Origin: Seison nebaliae | Lineage: Eukaryota | DNA: 59,965 bases | Direction of reading: 5' to 3' | Assembly (NCBI GenBank): GCA_023231475.1 | Contig: JALJEE010000343.1 | Span: 62,001 to 121,965, forward strand | In this document: in pieces, positions 41,989 to 55,419 of the stretch | How the letters are laid out: every line of letters begins with the position of its first letter | Numbering within the stretch: the stretch's first letter is position 1 | Notes under the pieces: generated by a model | The model's database searches: none | The model's input: the letters and a program-made list of their open reading frames with translations, nothing else | Told to the model about the DNA's origin: nothing | Position numbers and translations under genes: made by a program

Positions 41989-42307
41989 TTTCTCTTACTT
42001 ATGTGAAATGAGAAAGTAGAATTTTATTTATGAAAAGAATTTCAATTCAACATAATTAGAGTAGAAATTGATTGAGTTGAACAAATATTAAATTGTCGTT
42101 AAAATGAAGTTGACAATTAATTGAGAGTTCGTCTCATCGAGTTAAGCTTTCCTCTTATCTTCGGAAAGAATTGACAATAGATTATTTTAAATTTGAAGTT
42201 GAAGAGAATAAGAAGAAAAGAAAAGAAGAAATATTTCGAATAACAAATATTCTATCCAATAAATGAAAGACTATTGAGTTCTATCTTGACTTGTGTTTGA
42301 GAAGGAA

Positions 42308-45300
42308 ATGTCAAGTGGTTATTACACAAAATATGAACGAATGTCAATTGTTCGAAAATGTAAATCGGATGTCTTTGATTTTCCTATTTTCCCCGAATCC
42401 AGAACTATTCCTTCTTTCAAAAATACTAATCGTGTCAACGCTAAATTATATTCTCATCTCAATGATATTGTTCGGAAAAAACGGAAACTTCTCTTACGTC
42501 ATGGATTCTCCTGTATTTACACACCAGCAATCGTCGACAAATTTCAATTGGACGAGGAAGGTGAAGAGATTATCGGTTATCATTGTCAATTGAATGTGGA
42601 CGAATTTCCATCAAAATTATTAAATAAAGTTCATGCAGCAACTCGTCAATTGGTATCGAGGAGATTCCGTTTAAATGAAAGTGTCTATTATGATCATAGT
42701 GATGTTCGAAGTAAAGACGCTATGCGACATCTTTGTCGCTGTACGGGACGGAACATTCCGAATAAATATCAGATGAATATCGATGATAATACTGAAGAGA
42801 ATAATACTCATAATATAATTTTCAGTTCATCCATTATGAATATTCGATCGATAATTAAAGACATTTTTCCCGATGTCAATTATTTAACGCCAGGAATAAG
42901 AGTTTGTGCACCGTTGGATGATAATCATTTAATTTATCGCAGTGGAATTCTAATGGAAAATTGTCGATTAGGATATTCCGTCCGCAAAACGAAACAAACA
43001 CATGACGACGATATTGGAAGAACAAATACATTCGAAGACGTGGAAAGTAGTGATGATGAAGTGATGGAAATTAACATTGATGAAGATATCATATTTTTTG
43101 ATGGAATTAAACGTAAAAAACAATTTAAAAATTTGAATGATCAAGATTATTTCTATACGAATAATGATATTAATAATAAGAAGAAAAATGATATCAGTTT
43201 GACATTCCAATATAATTTAGAATCATTAGTTCTCGTATCATTCGATGATGGTATGGTGGAGTATGTGAAAATTGGCGATCTTTCATTCGTCCACTCAATC
43301 GAAGGTTATATGCATTGTGATTATATTTCAAGTTTATCAGTCGGTTATGGTTCATTCGTGTCCCAATTCTTTCATTATTATCCTCAAGTTCCTCCATATT
43401 TTTCCATTTTTAATTTATTGTTTCTAGAAATTCACTTGTCGTATCATGGCGACGGATGAAGGCAATTCAGTGGCATTAATGAAGAAGGACGATTGGAAAG
43501 TTGTGGAAATATTGGAAGCGAAAGAGATAACATTAAAAGTACGTTATAAAAATGGAACGATCGAAAACGTTTTAGCTTCCTCTTCTCGAATTCTCCCATT
43601 ATTTATCGTTATTCATTCACTTCATTCTACAACTAATAAGATTTCCATAGAAATATTTAAATGAACCAATTGATTATTCGAAATTAAATTTTCCAAATTT
43701 AGATCATGGACAACATTTGGCATCAATCGTTGGTGATAATATGATAAAAAAGAAAATTTTAAAAAAACAACTCGGATTACCAGCATCTCACATCTTCCAT
43801 GAATATATCAGATCATCCAATCAATTAGCGAAATATCGACACAATTCAATTTTGAGGAAAAATTATCTAATGAGTTTAAAGAAGACGACAGATATCGTTA
43901 AAAATCATCCAATTTTCGATTATGATCGTGCGAAGATCGATAAGATGTTAGAGAATGACAAAAAATTGACTGATTGTCATCGATGTTCATTCCAATGTGT
44001 GAAATTTACTGTGGAAACGGTGAGGAAATATAAACAGAAATTTAGTGCGTTGCAATTACCAGTGATTGGAGGATTCCATCGGGAGAACGAGAAATTTTTC
44101 ACAGGAAAATTTTCCGTTAATTTCGATATGGGAAAATGTGATGGTAAATCGTCGAATGAATCGAGACGATCTCGTAATCATGATCATAAACAATTAGCGA
44201 GATGTGACACGGTTTGCACTCATACATTGAGCGATGCTATCAGTTATCGGACGCCATGTGGTGTTCAATTATTTTCGTTAGGAGAAGTTCGCTCTTTCCT
44301 TCAAGCGACGAATTCTTATTCGATTCTCACATTAGACATGTTCTCATTCGAACCCGATATAGTTTGTTGTAAACAATTATTTACCACTAAAGTTTATCGA
44401 CTCATCAATGATATCAGTGAAGGATATGAACCGATCGCCATCATTTTCGTTAATCAGATCGATAATCAAGTTCCGAAAGAATTCACTTATTCGAATGTGA
44501 GAGAAGGAAATGGTGGATTCCATTTACCGAATGATAACGAAGAATGTGCAGGATGTGATTGCAAAGATGATTGTCGAAATTATTTAGAATGTGGATGTCG
44601 ACAATTGACGATAAAAGCAGCCGGAATCGGAAAAGTTGATGGAATTGATGATGGAGATTTAGTGGCTGGATATAACGACCGTCATTTGGCCTCTTCAGTA
44701 CCAACTGGAATTTATGAGTGTAATCCAAATTGTAGTTGTAATTCATCGTGTACTAATCGACTAGTTCAAAATGGAATTATGTCTCGATTGGAAGTGTATA
44801 AAACGGGAAAAACAGGATTTGGTGTTCGATCATCTGCTGATGTTGCGGCCGGTTCATTCATCTGCTCTTATACCGGAGTCATTTATAGCGATGTTGAAGC
44901 TGATGAAATAGGAGTAAAATATGGAGACGAATATTTTACTGATCTCAATTTGCCTGAACAACTCGACGTATTATTTCTGGACGCAGTAAAAGAGAATGTC
45001 TGTAAATGGTATCGGAAGATGTTGGATGAAATGTTCGATGAAGAAATGGAAGGGAAAATTTTAACAATAATCGACGAATTAGATTTGGAGCATGATCAAG
45101 ATGAAGATTGTATTGTCGAGAGTCGTTTGAGACAAACGAGAAATTTATCTCACAGAGATCGAACGTTGGACTTGTTCAAAGGAACGACCATTTCTCATTT
45201 TGATAAACGATTAAACAAAGCGAATAAAAAAGTAGAGATTAATGAAGAAAATGGTTCAGAAATCTTTTTAATTGATCTGACTGATGACGAAAATTATGGA

Positions 45301-46053
45301 GAAAATCCGTTGGACGATCTTCGCAATATTCAGAAATTAAAATCTAATCGAAATTTATCTCAAAAAAATACGAATGTTCTCTTATTCGGTCCATCGGATG
45401 ATGAGAGTTCTTCCACTAATTCTATGGAAATGGAAGAGAATGATAGATATTTCAATTCAAATCATCAATCAAATAAAATGAATGACGATGATGATGACGA
45501 TGATGATGATGATGATGATGATATTATTCTTATTGAGGATGAGATAGAAAAAGAAAGCGATAAAGTTCAACTCATCACTAATAAGACGACAACGATCATT
45601 TCTGAGTTGAAGAAAGAAGATGTTAACTCACCGGAATTTTATTTGAAAGTAAAAGAAGAAATTCGATCAATGTTGACAGATGAAGTTCTATTGAAAATCG
45701 GTGGACGACCATCCTATTTTAAAAAATATAAACATCTCACCAATAATGAGGGTTATGTGATCGATGCGAAACGGAGAGGAAATATCGGAAGATTTTTAAA
45801 TGTTTCTTTTTCTTTTTCTTTTCAATATTCATAAATTTAATTTCAGCATTCGTGTATGCCAAACGCTTTCGTCCAAAATGTCTTTATAGAAACTCATGAT
45901 ATTCGTTTCCCTTCAATCGCCTTTTTTGCATCGAGAAACATTGAAGCAGGTGAAGAAATCACTTGGGACTACAATTATAAGGTAGGCAGTGTTCCCAACA
46001 AAGAAATAACGTGTGAATGTGGATCGATTGAATGTCGCGGGCGACTTTTATGA
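42308..46053 (+). CDS. SETDB1: Histone H3K9 methyltransferase SETDB1/eggless-like (Tudor, MBD, pre-SET, split SET, post-SET); 4 exons
   Basis: [11 protein letters not shown] (Tudor), YRTPCG (MBD), DISEGYE...CDCKDDC...[10 protein letters not shown]...[66 protein letters not shown]. The 5' end is uncertain. Confidence 0.93.
45481..45522 (+). repeat. GAT/GAC repeat encoding poly-Asp in the SET insertion
   Basis: aatgacgatgatgatgacgatgatgat... read directly. Confidence 0.85.
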
Positions 46054-46281
46054 CCAACTGAATATGAGACGAGTCATTGAAATGAAAATGAAACGATCTT
46101 GAAATTTAACATGAAATTCTCCTTCAGTCAACATTTGTTCTCTGTCGTTCGAATCAAACGACAATCTTTAAACAAATATATATTCATCAACATATTGATT
46201 AGTTGACGTGTCTCTATAAATGTTTCTCAATTTTCTTTTTTGATTTAGTTTAAATTTTTCAAATTCAATAAATATTTCCCA

Positions 46282-46689
46282 ATGAATCATCTACTAATTT
46301 CCCTTTTAACTCTCTTATTGGCATGTATTTCTTTCAATTGCTTCCAAATTGACGAAATGGATATTGATCCATTTAATGTCCGATTGAAACGGCAAATAAT
46401 CGATTTGGACAATGTGGTTTCAACACCACCTCCATCAATTGGACAACCAGCCACTATACCACCAATCCGACAACCCACCAGCACTAGAAGAAGATTTCCC
46501 TCAAGAATTCCTTCAGGAGTTACCTTCCCACCATTTAACACCAACAACAACAATTATAACAACCGTCGAAATCGATATCGAAGGAATTCCATACAAAGCT
46601 TCGACAGACCATTTATGTTTTCTAGACGATTCCGTCCTTATCAAGATAACTACTATGGATCGTTTATGGATTTTTTCAATTATTTTTAA
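46282..46689 (+). CDS. Small secreted protein / possible peptide precursor
   Basis: Signal peptide MNHLLISLLTLLLACISFNC, acidic pro-region, furin-type RLKR, further RR sites, aromatic C-terminus. Confidence 0.7.
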   Translation: MNHLLISLLTLLLACISFNCFQIDEMDIDPFNVRLKRQIIDLDNVVSTPPPSIGQPATIPPIRQPTSTRRRFPSRIPSGVTFPPFNTNNNNYNNRRNRYRRNSIQSFDRPFMFSRRFRPYQDNYYGSFMDFFNYF

Positions 46690-46804
46690 ATTCGTAATTA
46701 TTTTCATTTGACTGAAAATTCTTTTAGAAAATTTAATTTTGAAAAAATTAGGATGAAGCAAAAACATATTGTTGAAATAAACAAATTTTTTCTTGAAATC
46801 ATAT

Positions 46805-47643
46805 TTATAACCAATCATCGTCACCTTCCTTGTCATCGTTGTCATGATAATTGAACTCGTCTCCATTTGAACGATCGTTATAATCATAATAATAATTATT
46901 ATTGTTTCCCGCGTCATATGTACCATAATTATTCGATTTTCCGTTAGGAGTGATTATATCATGTCCGTTTAGATGGTTATTCTTGTTGTTCAAAACCGCT
47001 TGATTAATATTCGATCGTTGTTCATCCGTTATATAATTGGAAGTTGGTTGAAGTGGTGTAGCGAATCGACGATTTCGTTGATTATTTGTAGGGAACGTTT
47101 CACTGTTGTTCAATTCATCCATTGGAGATGGTGCCGGTTGCTGATGAATAGATTTAGGTTTGAAATTATTATTGATATAAGACGGTTGGGATGATTTGAG
47201 ATATGATTGTAAAGGGACAGCATTCGGTCTAGCTAAAGTTGGTACAACTGAATTATTCTTAATTCGTCTAGCTACATTATATTCACCTCTGGAAACTCAA
47301 TGAAAGATGAGTTGAACAGAAAATAAATTTCCCAACTTTCTCAACATTAAACTCACTTCCAATCCGGAATATTTTAAGATATTTACAATATCTACATGAT
47401 TCATATGTTCAATCACATCGCCATTAATTGACACAATCGTATCTCCCACATTCACCTTACCATAACACGAACTATTTTGGGTTATCTAATTATGAACTAA
47501 CATTTAATTTTTAGAAATTAAACTAAAAAAACTTTAGTGATATGTGGTCGAAAACGAAAATCATGACCACCCTGAAATCTAAATCCCCAATTAATTTTAA
47601 CATCCGAACGATGTAATATTACAGATACTTCAGGTAAAATCAT
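46805..47643 (-). CDS. Zasp/PDLIM-type PDZ-only protein; exons 47643-47533, 47485-47337, 47288-46805
   Basis: Reconstructed N-terminus MILPEVSVILHRSDVKINWGFRFQGGHDFRFRPHITK|ITQNSSCYGKVNVGDTIVSING...MNH matches the ALP/Enigma/Zasp PDZ. It joins ORF 46805..47122 in frame. No LIM domain. Confidence 0.85.
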
Positions 47644-50600
47644 AATTATTTTCTTGTTGTATTTAATACAAATTTGGTAACAGTTTGTTCTATTTTTCTT
47701 CTACTCAATTTGGAGCATTCAATATAATAATTTTGCAAATAAATAATTCTTCTCTTTTTTTCTTCGGTGAACGTTGTATAAAAAAAGGAGATTTCTTCTT
47801 ATTATTTCTTCCAATTGAAGAAGATGAAAAAATACTAAAACTCTCTACATTTCGCTAGTCGGTTAATTCGCCGTTTCTTCAATTCTTCGTTTATTTATTT
47901 ATTATTTTTTCTGTTCCGTTATTTTATTCATTCTTATTCGCTTCTCAACCGTTATCTAACGCATACCACCCAATATATGTCGGATAAGTTTTGACGTGAG
48001 TGCTTTCAATCTCAATCCGATGTGAAGAAACAAGACGTTCATATGTATCTCGTTTCTTTCTCATTTAATTCTCAAACAACCAATATACATTGCTAATAAG
48101 ATCTACAGGAACTCATATATTATTCATCAACTTTCAAAAACATTCGAGTGATCGACTCAACTTTATTAGTTTCATTTTTGTCCAACGTAAGACTACATGT
48201 TGCAACTGGAGACGGGTTATAATATTAGAGCCCAAATTAGACTATCTATTAACCTAATAACCTGTAACAATAATAGTCATTTGTGTTAATTTCAGTTAAC
48301 ATTTGATAGTTCATTTGAGTTAATTTGAAATTTATTCAATAATTTTGATGTTTTATGGATTTTTATTTAATTACAATTAACTGTTCTGCTAAGTTGTTGG
48401 TTAAACACTTGAGTCACATAGTTATTTTATGATGGATCAATTGATTCGACAACAAAGATTTGATGTACACTTATCATTAATTTAAAAAGATAAAATATTT
48501 TTTATGGATGTTTATACATGTATAATGTTTATCGTATGCTCCAGATTACGATTACGATAATACATTTTGTTATGAACTCATTGTTATGGATTACATAAAC
48601 TCTTTGGAATCGTTGATTGAACCGCTCCCCGAGTACTTTCTCTTCCATGATGTTCTTAAAAGAATCTTTCCTTTCTCCATTGCCAGTTATGTAAGAAAGG
48701 AATTAACTATAAGATGATTAATTTGGAGATGAATCGAGGAAGAAGAACTGTTCACAAATGGACACATGACAGGTCCTTTTTAGAACATTATGAGAGGAAA
48801 ATAGTCCGGTAGAAGAATTGACCAACTACCAACATTTCCTTATAATTTCTCATCATATTATCGTTCATTATCCATAATTGGTCTTTCATATGGTCTACCA
48901 TATGTTTGCCTGAATCTAATTAAATTTCCTTATTTTATTCATTTTTCACTCAAATAAATATTAAAAGTCAATTTGATTCAATAAAAATGAATCTAATAAT
49001 AAATTCTTTACTCACAATACTCTGACAAATGTGAGTAAAAATTTATAATAAATTTCATTTCAGTAATGATGAGCATTCAAAGTTCATTCCGTGACAATCA
49101 CTTCAAACCATCTCACCTCATGTTTCAAAGTAAATTTATATTTTCAACCAATTTATGAACAATTTGTCATTATCTTTAACCTTCTTTAAATTCCTTACAT
49201 ACATATTAATTCAACTAGTATAACTCTAAAGAATCATAGTGAAATTCATATTGATACTAATTTTGAAAAGAAATGATTGATGGACATAAAAAATCAGAAG
49301 TAAAATTGAAAGAATGGAAAAAATGAAAACGTAATCTTCTGTTGTATCACTTGTTGATATCTTGAAATAACTCTTCTTGTTGTATACTGATCGTCATCAA
49401 TCTTTGGTTTAGACATTGTGGGATCTCTAACTTGAAATGTCAGGGTCGAAAAAAATTATTAATTCAAATTTGTTCAACCAAAAAATTTATTATTATTTTG
49501 TCCGATTATTGTTCATAATGTGACTAACTACCTGTAACTAGTCGATCATTAACAATCTCTTTCATCGTCATTTGTTTTTTATTAAAAATAGACAATGTGA
49601 TATCGTATGGATAAATCGCAGTGACCCGCACACATATCTGACGTATAAAAAATTGAATATAAATGTAATTGGGTGAATAATGTTGGACAATGATGTTTCT
49701 ATCATTAGGTCGTTTATCAAGAAAAAATCCTATTTTGATTATTAAGTAATCCGAGAACTGTTAGTCATTAAGTAACATATATAACTTTTCGAGATTGAGC
49801 AACGCCTACATCTCTGAAATATTCAAATAATATAAATGAAGACATAAACCATCTCGGTTCATATTTATTTTTTCTCAGATGATGCGGTGTTCTTTAAGAT
49901 TGAAGAGAGAGAATTTATGTTAGATTGTGATATTCACAAAAGAAAATGATGATTTCGGCTATAGGTGTGCATTTATTTCTTTAATTATTTAATCGAAATT
50001 CATTCAATGTCAATAAAAGTATGTTTATTGGCTGTCGTCTAGTTTCTGTATTTTTTAGAATTAAAGTTTTAAAAGAAATTTTAAGAAAAATTTTAAATGA
50101 GATTTCTACATCCTATGATTCTCTTGTCCTTCCCATTCGAAAACGCCTACATTGAAAATTGGTTGTTTTTATTTTCTATGATAACAATAGAAATTATATA
50201 ATATGTAGTCTATGTTGTATTATCATAAGACTGAAAATATTTCATCGTACACTCCTCTTTCACTCATATATACTCATCTCTGACGTGAATGCCATTCATG
50301 TGAACAAATGAGTGACGTAAGTTCAAAAAGTTAGTATATATAAGAATAAATTAGAGAAAGAAGAATACAGATAGGCTATCATTTTATATGGGAAGTTAAT
50401 CTTGATTAACTTCTTAAATGGAAAGGAAAAATTTCGGAAAATATTTATCGATTGTTTCTCAACAATTTCCAAAAAAAATTTTGAGTGGGAAAAAAGTTTA
50501 GCTTCCTTTTTTTGGTACATATATTTCATATTGTTTACTCTTGTCTGTAATCGGACGATTCAATCGGTTTGTGTACTTGAAATGAAATGTAGAAAAACAA

Positions 50601-50849
50601 AATTTTCCATTTTTGTTGATTTCCCTTAGATTCGTACGAAAATATTTTTGATATGTGAAATTTTTTTTACTTGTTGTCGTATTAACTTCTTGTCGTTCGT
50701 AATAATTCACTAAATACTGTCTCCTATATTTATCTGTTATCAAAGAGATTAATATTATGATGAAATTTTAATAAATTTTTTATTTTTGACAGAATCATTC
50801 TCTAAATCCTTCACCAAATTAGATCGATTTCGATCATCACTTCCATTAC

Positions 50850-51041
50850 ATGGACCATTCTTCAAATAAATCTGAACCATTGTCAGCAACAGTGAATAAA
50901 ACAAAAAAGACTGAAGACGTACCGAAGAAGGGCCTGTTGCGGCGATTTTTCGAGATGCCGTTACAGGACCTCCAAGAGCCAAAAATGGTAGACAATATGA
51001 GTACTCGCGAATGGAATGTCTTAATACCGCTCTCTTCTTAA
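50850..51041 (+). CDS. Hypothetical small protein (63 aa)
   Basis: ATG-initiated, higher GC than its flanks, preceded by an acceptor-like tttgacag at ~50792 and followed by AATAAA at ~51175. No family recognised. Confidence 0.45.
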   Translation: MDHSSNKSEPLSATVNKTKKTEDVPKKGLLRRFFEMPLQDLQEPKMVDNMSTREWNVLIPLSS

Positions 51042-52728
51042 TGTGAATCGCATGAAAAAATTGGATCTCAATTCTCATAAACATTCAGTAGAATAATTTT
51101 TATTTTATGATCATCCATTAATCTTTTAATTCTCAACCTCTATTCCTCGACATAAATATGAATTTTTGATTTGAAATAAAATTCATTGAAACTTATGTTA
51201 ATGTGCTAAATAAAATTTTTTCGGATTTTTTTAAATAACATTTCGTCAATTACATTTTTTTAAAATTTAAACCGTTAAGTTGGAAAACCAGACAGGATCA
51301 TATCAATTCCGTTTTCGAAGTAACTTATGTTAGTAAAAAATAATCTTATCGATATATTGGAACACATGACTAGTTCACTTAAAGATTGGAGGTGATGAAA
51401 AGCATTTAGTATACGGATGTGAGCGTCTAATATGAGTGAAATGTTTAAAATGAAGTCGGAGGGAATTTTTCCAACACGAACTGCGCTAAACATGACTCGT
51501 AAATAAGTAATATTGGTAGTAATAAATAGTAGTATATAAAGAATGTTCTCCGATATCCGAATTGTAAGACATTTTCTTTCAATATGGGGCCATATGGAGA
51601 AATGAAGAGTAGGAGTGAAAATGGAAGTAAACATTCTTGAGTTTAACAGACCTTAAATTATTCGTTTGTAGTCGTTCAGACATTCGTTGAATCGAAATGG
51701 AACATTAGACATTATGTGCAATAAATTATCCGTTCATATTTTTTCCGTCTAACTATAAAAGTGAGAACTAGAACGGCGGCGGGATCATATTTTTTGGAGG
51801 CCAACATGTTTTTGATGAATTTGTTTTTAGAGAATTGAATGATGAATTGATACGCGTCTACCAGAATGTTTACTGTTTAATTTATTACCAAGTTTAATTG
51901 ACTGAGAAAGTATCTCTCATAATTTATGTTAGATCGTGAATTGTAAGAAGATAAAAGATAAAATGAAAGATATTGGAGCAATATGATCGATGGTAAATAG
52001 AAATAATTGTTTCTTAAAAATTTCCATGGCATCACTTTCTCCAGTTTGAAACAATGTAAATAAGTGAAATAATTTTTTTATGATTCGCAAGATGATTAAA
52101 TAAATGTTGTTTCTCCTATTCATCAACCGGGTGAGTATATAGGTAACACTAGGTTCTATAATAAGTTCTGTTATATAAACTTTTCAAGATATGTTCGCTA
52201 TCTTCCCATTTACATCACTGTTGCTCATACATCAATGCAATATTTAGATGAAGCATTCTTCTCTTATCTTTTCTCTTTTAATCGTTTTCGGTTTATTGCT
52301 GATTTAATCAATTTCTACATTTCTGTTCTGACTTAAACTTTCTTCTTTATCTGAAGGGGAACATCGATCGCCTAAGTAGGTAAAATTTTAAGTCTTTTAT
52401 TCTTTTTGGTGGAGAAAGGAAAAGAAGAAGCAGAGCGATTGAATACTTCGTCCTTCAAATCTGTGAAAAAAAGAAAAACGTTTTTCCATATTTCCTTCTC
52501 ATTTGCTGATTGGTGGATGATTCATTTGTAATACGTTATCCTCTTGGAAATTCAAGTTATTTATTTAAATGTAAATAATGGACATCGACCGATGGCAATC
52601 GATATGTTTACGTGCGCAATTTCATCTTGTCTAATAAGCAAATGGTAACTCTACTAATTATTCAACAATCATTACTCTCTCATCCGATCTCCGGGTAAAC
52701 GTTCTACTTCGATTTATCGGATAACAGG

Positions 52729-54800
52729 ATGACAGTAAACTCTCCATTTCACATATTTCCATTTCTATTATTTTTATTGCTTTCAACAAATTATATTATC
52801 ATCTGTGATGAACAGTCGGTTAACGGTGACGATTTCGCCGACGAAATGAGCATTGCCAGTAGTGCATTTGAAGAGTCTAACCGAAATGAAAAAGTTTTCA
52901 TTTAATTACGATTCGGTAGAAGGATAATATTTTTTCTTCATAGATCGCTGTTCCAGATGCCTCACAAATTGTTGATGGATGTTCGTCTCATTTTTATTAG
53001 TCCTTCTTCTACTTTGTTTCAATGATCATATGTCTATTTCATACCTTTATACTGTCTGCATTTAATTCCATCTATCTACCAATTCATTCATTTTAATCAT
53101 TTCCCAAACAATTCTAGCTAACAAGATAGACAAAGAATGTAAGCAAGGTGAACCTGTTACGTATTTTTAATTTCTCAATATAATTCAAAATGTTTATAGG
53201 GTCCAGTGGGGGAGAAAGGAGATAAGGGTGACAGGGGAATTCCTGGTCCCAGAGGTCCACCAGGTATCCAAGGACCGACAGGTCCGAAAGTTAATTAATT
53301 ATAATTATTTCTCTCATGTTTTTGTTTTCCACTTATATGAACCAGGGACCAATAGGTGAACCAGGCAAAGTTAAGCTTTATTAAGTATTATTTATTAAAA
53401 CTTTATTTCTAACAATTTATAGTGTACTTGCGATGATAGCATTCCTGGTGTTGGTAAGAAATCCGTTAGTTCCTTTTGGTAGTGTTTTCTTTTTTTATAA
53501 ACATTTCTAATATGTAGAATATTCTCATTGTGGACGATGAAGAGACAATGTACCGAGCACTTAAGCGTGACGACATTCCTGATGGTACGATATTTCTGGT
53601 AAATTTATTTCGATTATATGTTAAATCTCCAACCGGAACTGCTATTGAACTTTACGTTAATTTATGCAACTCAATTATTTTGTAAGTTGTGTTTAATAAT
53701 TTAAAGGATCGATGTGAGAAGAAAGATGAAAATGGAAATTGTATTAAGAAGCAAGCTCTACCTACTCACCCACCATCAACCGACCATACGACTACAGAAC
53801 CAGTAAATTATATAACATCGCCGACACCTATGGAAACTTCTTCAACCTCAATATCCTCATCCACCTCAACAGCCACTAGAACAGAAAGTTCATCTGTCTC
53901 GCCACCATCAATGGCAACTAAGGATACCATGGCCAGATATAAACCGTCGACAACCACTGCCGGAGAATTAGAAAAATCATTCTTTGGTACTAAAGCCGCT
54001 GTAAGTACACGTTCCACAGGAGGAAGAACAGATGATAAATCGACGGTCACTGTTTCTCCAATGACATATGGTGATGGACCATTACCACCAAATATACCAA
54101 AAGTTTTATATTTTAATAACTTTAATACCAATATATCGTCGTTCTTTAGTTGATGTTAATCGTATCTTATAAGAGTATAACAGTTCATGAATATGCGAGA
54201 TGGGAAGATCTTTGTCGTAATGTCAGTACGTTACTCAAGAGACATTTGGGAAGAAACGTTCAACATTATAAATGGAAAATAAATCGATTAAATCACGAGC
54301 TGGATAAAGTGATATTCCTTCCGTTTGTAGAAGCGGCTGGTCAACATATACGATCAATAGTCCACTCAAATTTTAGTCATTTACCCGTGGTTAACTCAGC
54401 TGTTAGTATTGTTTGGAATAATTGTGAGATTAATTTTGAATTTAAACAAAAGAATCAAATTTTATATCAATCTTTCGACGAGATCTTTTCGAAACCGTTT
54501 ATCGGATATCGGAATCATATGTTGGGAGCTAGAGGTGCTGACATCAATTTCGAAGTTCATAAACAACGAGCTCGATACGGTGAGGATAAACGTTTCGCTA
54601 TTTGGCATGGCTATTCGAGGAGAGGAAATCATTTGAATTGCGATAACTGGAATCAAGCCACACATTATTATCAGGCTTATGTATCGCCCATTAATGACAA
54701 TTATCAATTAATTGCAGAAAATCGGAAATCATGTAACGAACGTGCATTCATTACCTGCATTTCGACAACTCCTATCCAATGGACTCCTGTACATAATTGA
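52729..54800 (+). CDS. Minimal multiplexin (collagen XV/XVIII-like): short Gly-X-Y, trimerization domain, Thr/Ser hinge, endostatin domain
   Basis: Gly-X-Y exons 53118-53155, 53200-53289 and 53346-53369. Trimerization-like exon NILIVDDEETMYRAL...PDGTIFLV...LYVK. Endostatin-like IRSIVH...LPVVN...IWHGYSRRG...CDNW...SCNERAFITCI. The 5' end is uncertain (possible signal-peptide exon at 52248). Confidence 0.8.
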
Positions 54801-55419
54801 TAATATTTTCATTTAATCATTTCAAATATTTTATTGTGTTCTCGACAAGATTTCTTCGTTCATTCATCATGATGTTCATCAATATAAATACATTTTCCTA
54901 CCTATTTCCCATATAAATTGCATTGTCTTTTCTCTCCTTTTCTCATTTTTCTCATTTATTATCACTAATTCATTTAACATCAAAAAAGAGAATCGTATCT
55001 TGATAAATAAACATGCTGCACCGTCCATACGTTCAAGGAAAATCCAACGATGACGTAATCGGATTTTTATGATTTATCGCTTTGTCGTTTAAAATGCTAT
55101 TGAAACGAAAATTGGTTGTTGGCTGATAAGGAAAATTTTAAATTATTATGAGCTACATTAAAATTCAAGTGAAAGGTGAACCTAATCTCTCCCAATACAA
55201 TTGACACAATGTTACAATTTTTCATTAACATTATCTGACTTCACGATCGAATTGTGTAGAGTTTATCCGAAACTTTTCTGATTGTTTCCGCTTTCGTTCG
55301 TTCATCTACATAACTTCAATCCAATGTTTCTCATCCGCTTCCTAACTATTTATCTCATCTTTTTAGTTTCTAGTAGATTTCTTTAGAGTTTTCTTTTCAT
55401 TAAATCAAATTGATAAACT

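Noticed and set aside
44940..45740. Large insertion splitting the SETDB1 SET domain
   Set aside because: The bifurcated SET domain is the known hallmark of SETDB1/eggless, so it is not novel.
48540..49060. Possible small spliced gene on the minus strand
   Set aside because: Only short frames (<60 aa) with no homology and no consistent exon chain.
51760..51810. Sm-site-like ATTTTTTGG after a GC-rich patch, as a possible snRNA/SL RNA
   Set aside because: No recognisable U1/U2/U4/U5 sequence or convincing flanking stems. The motif is expected by chance in AT-rich DNA.
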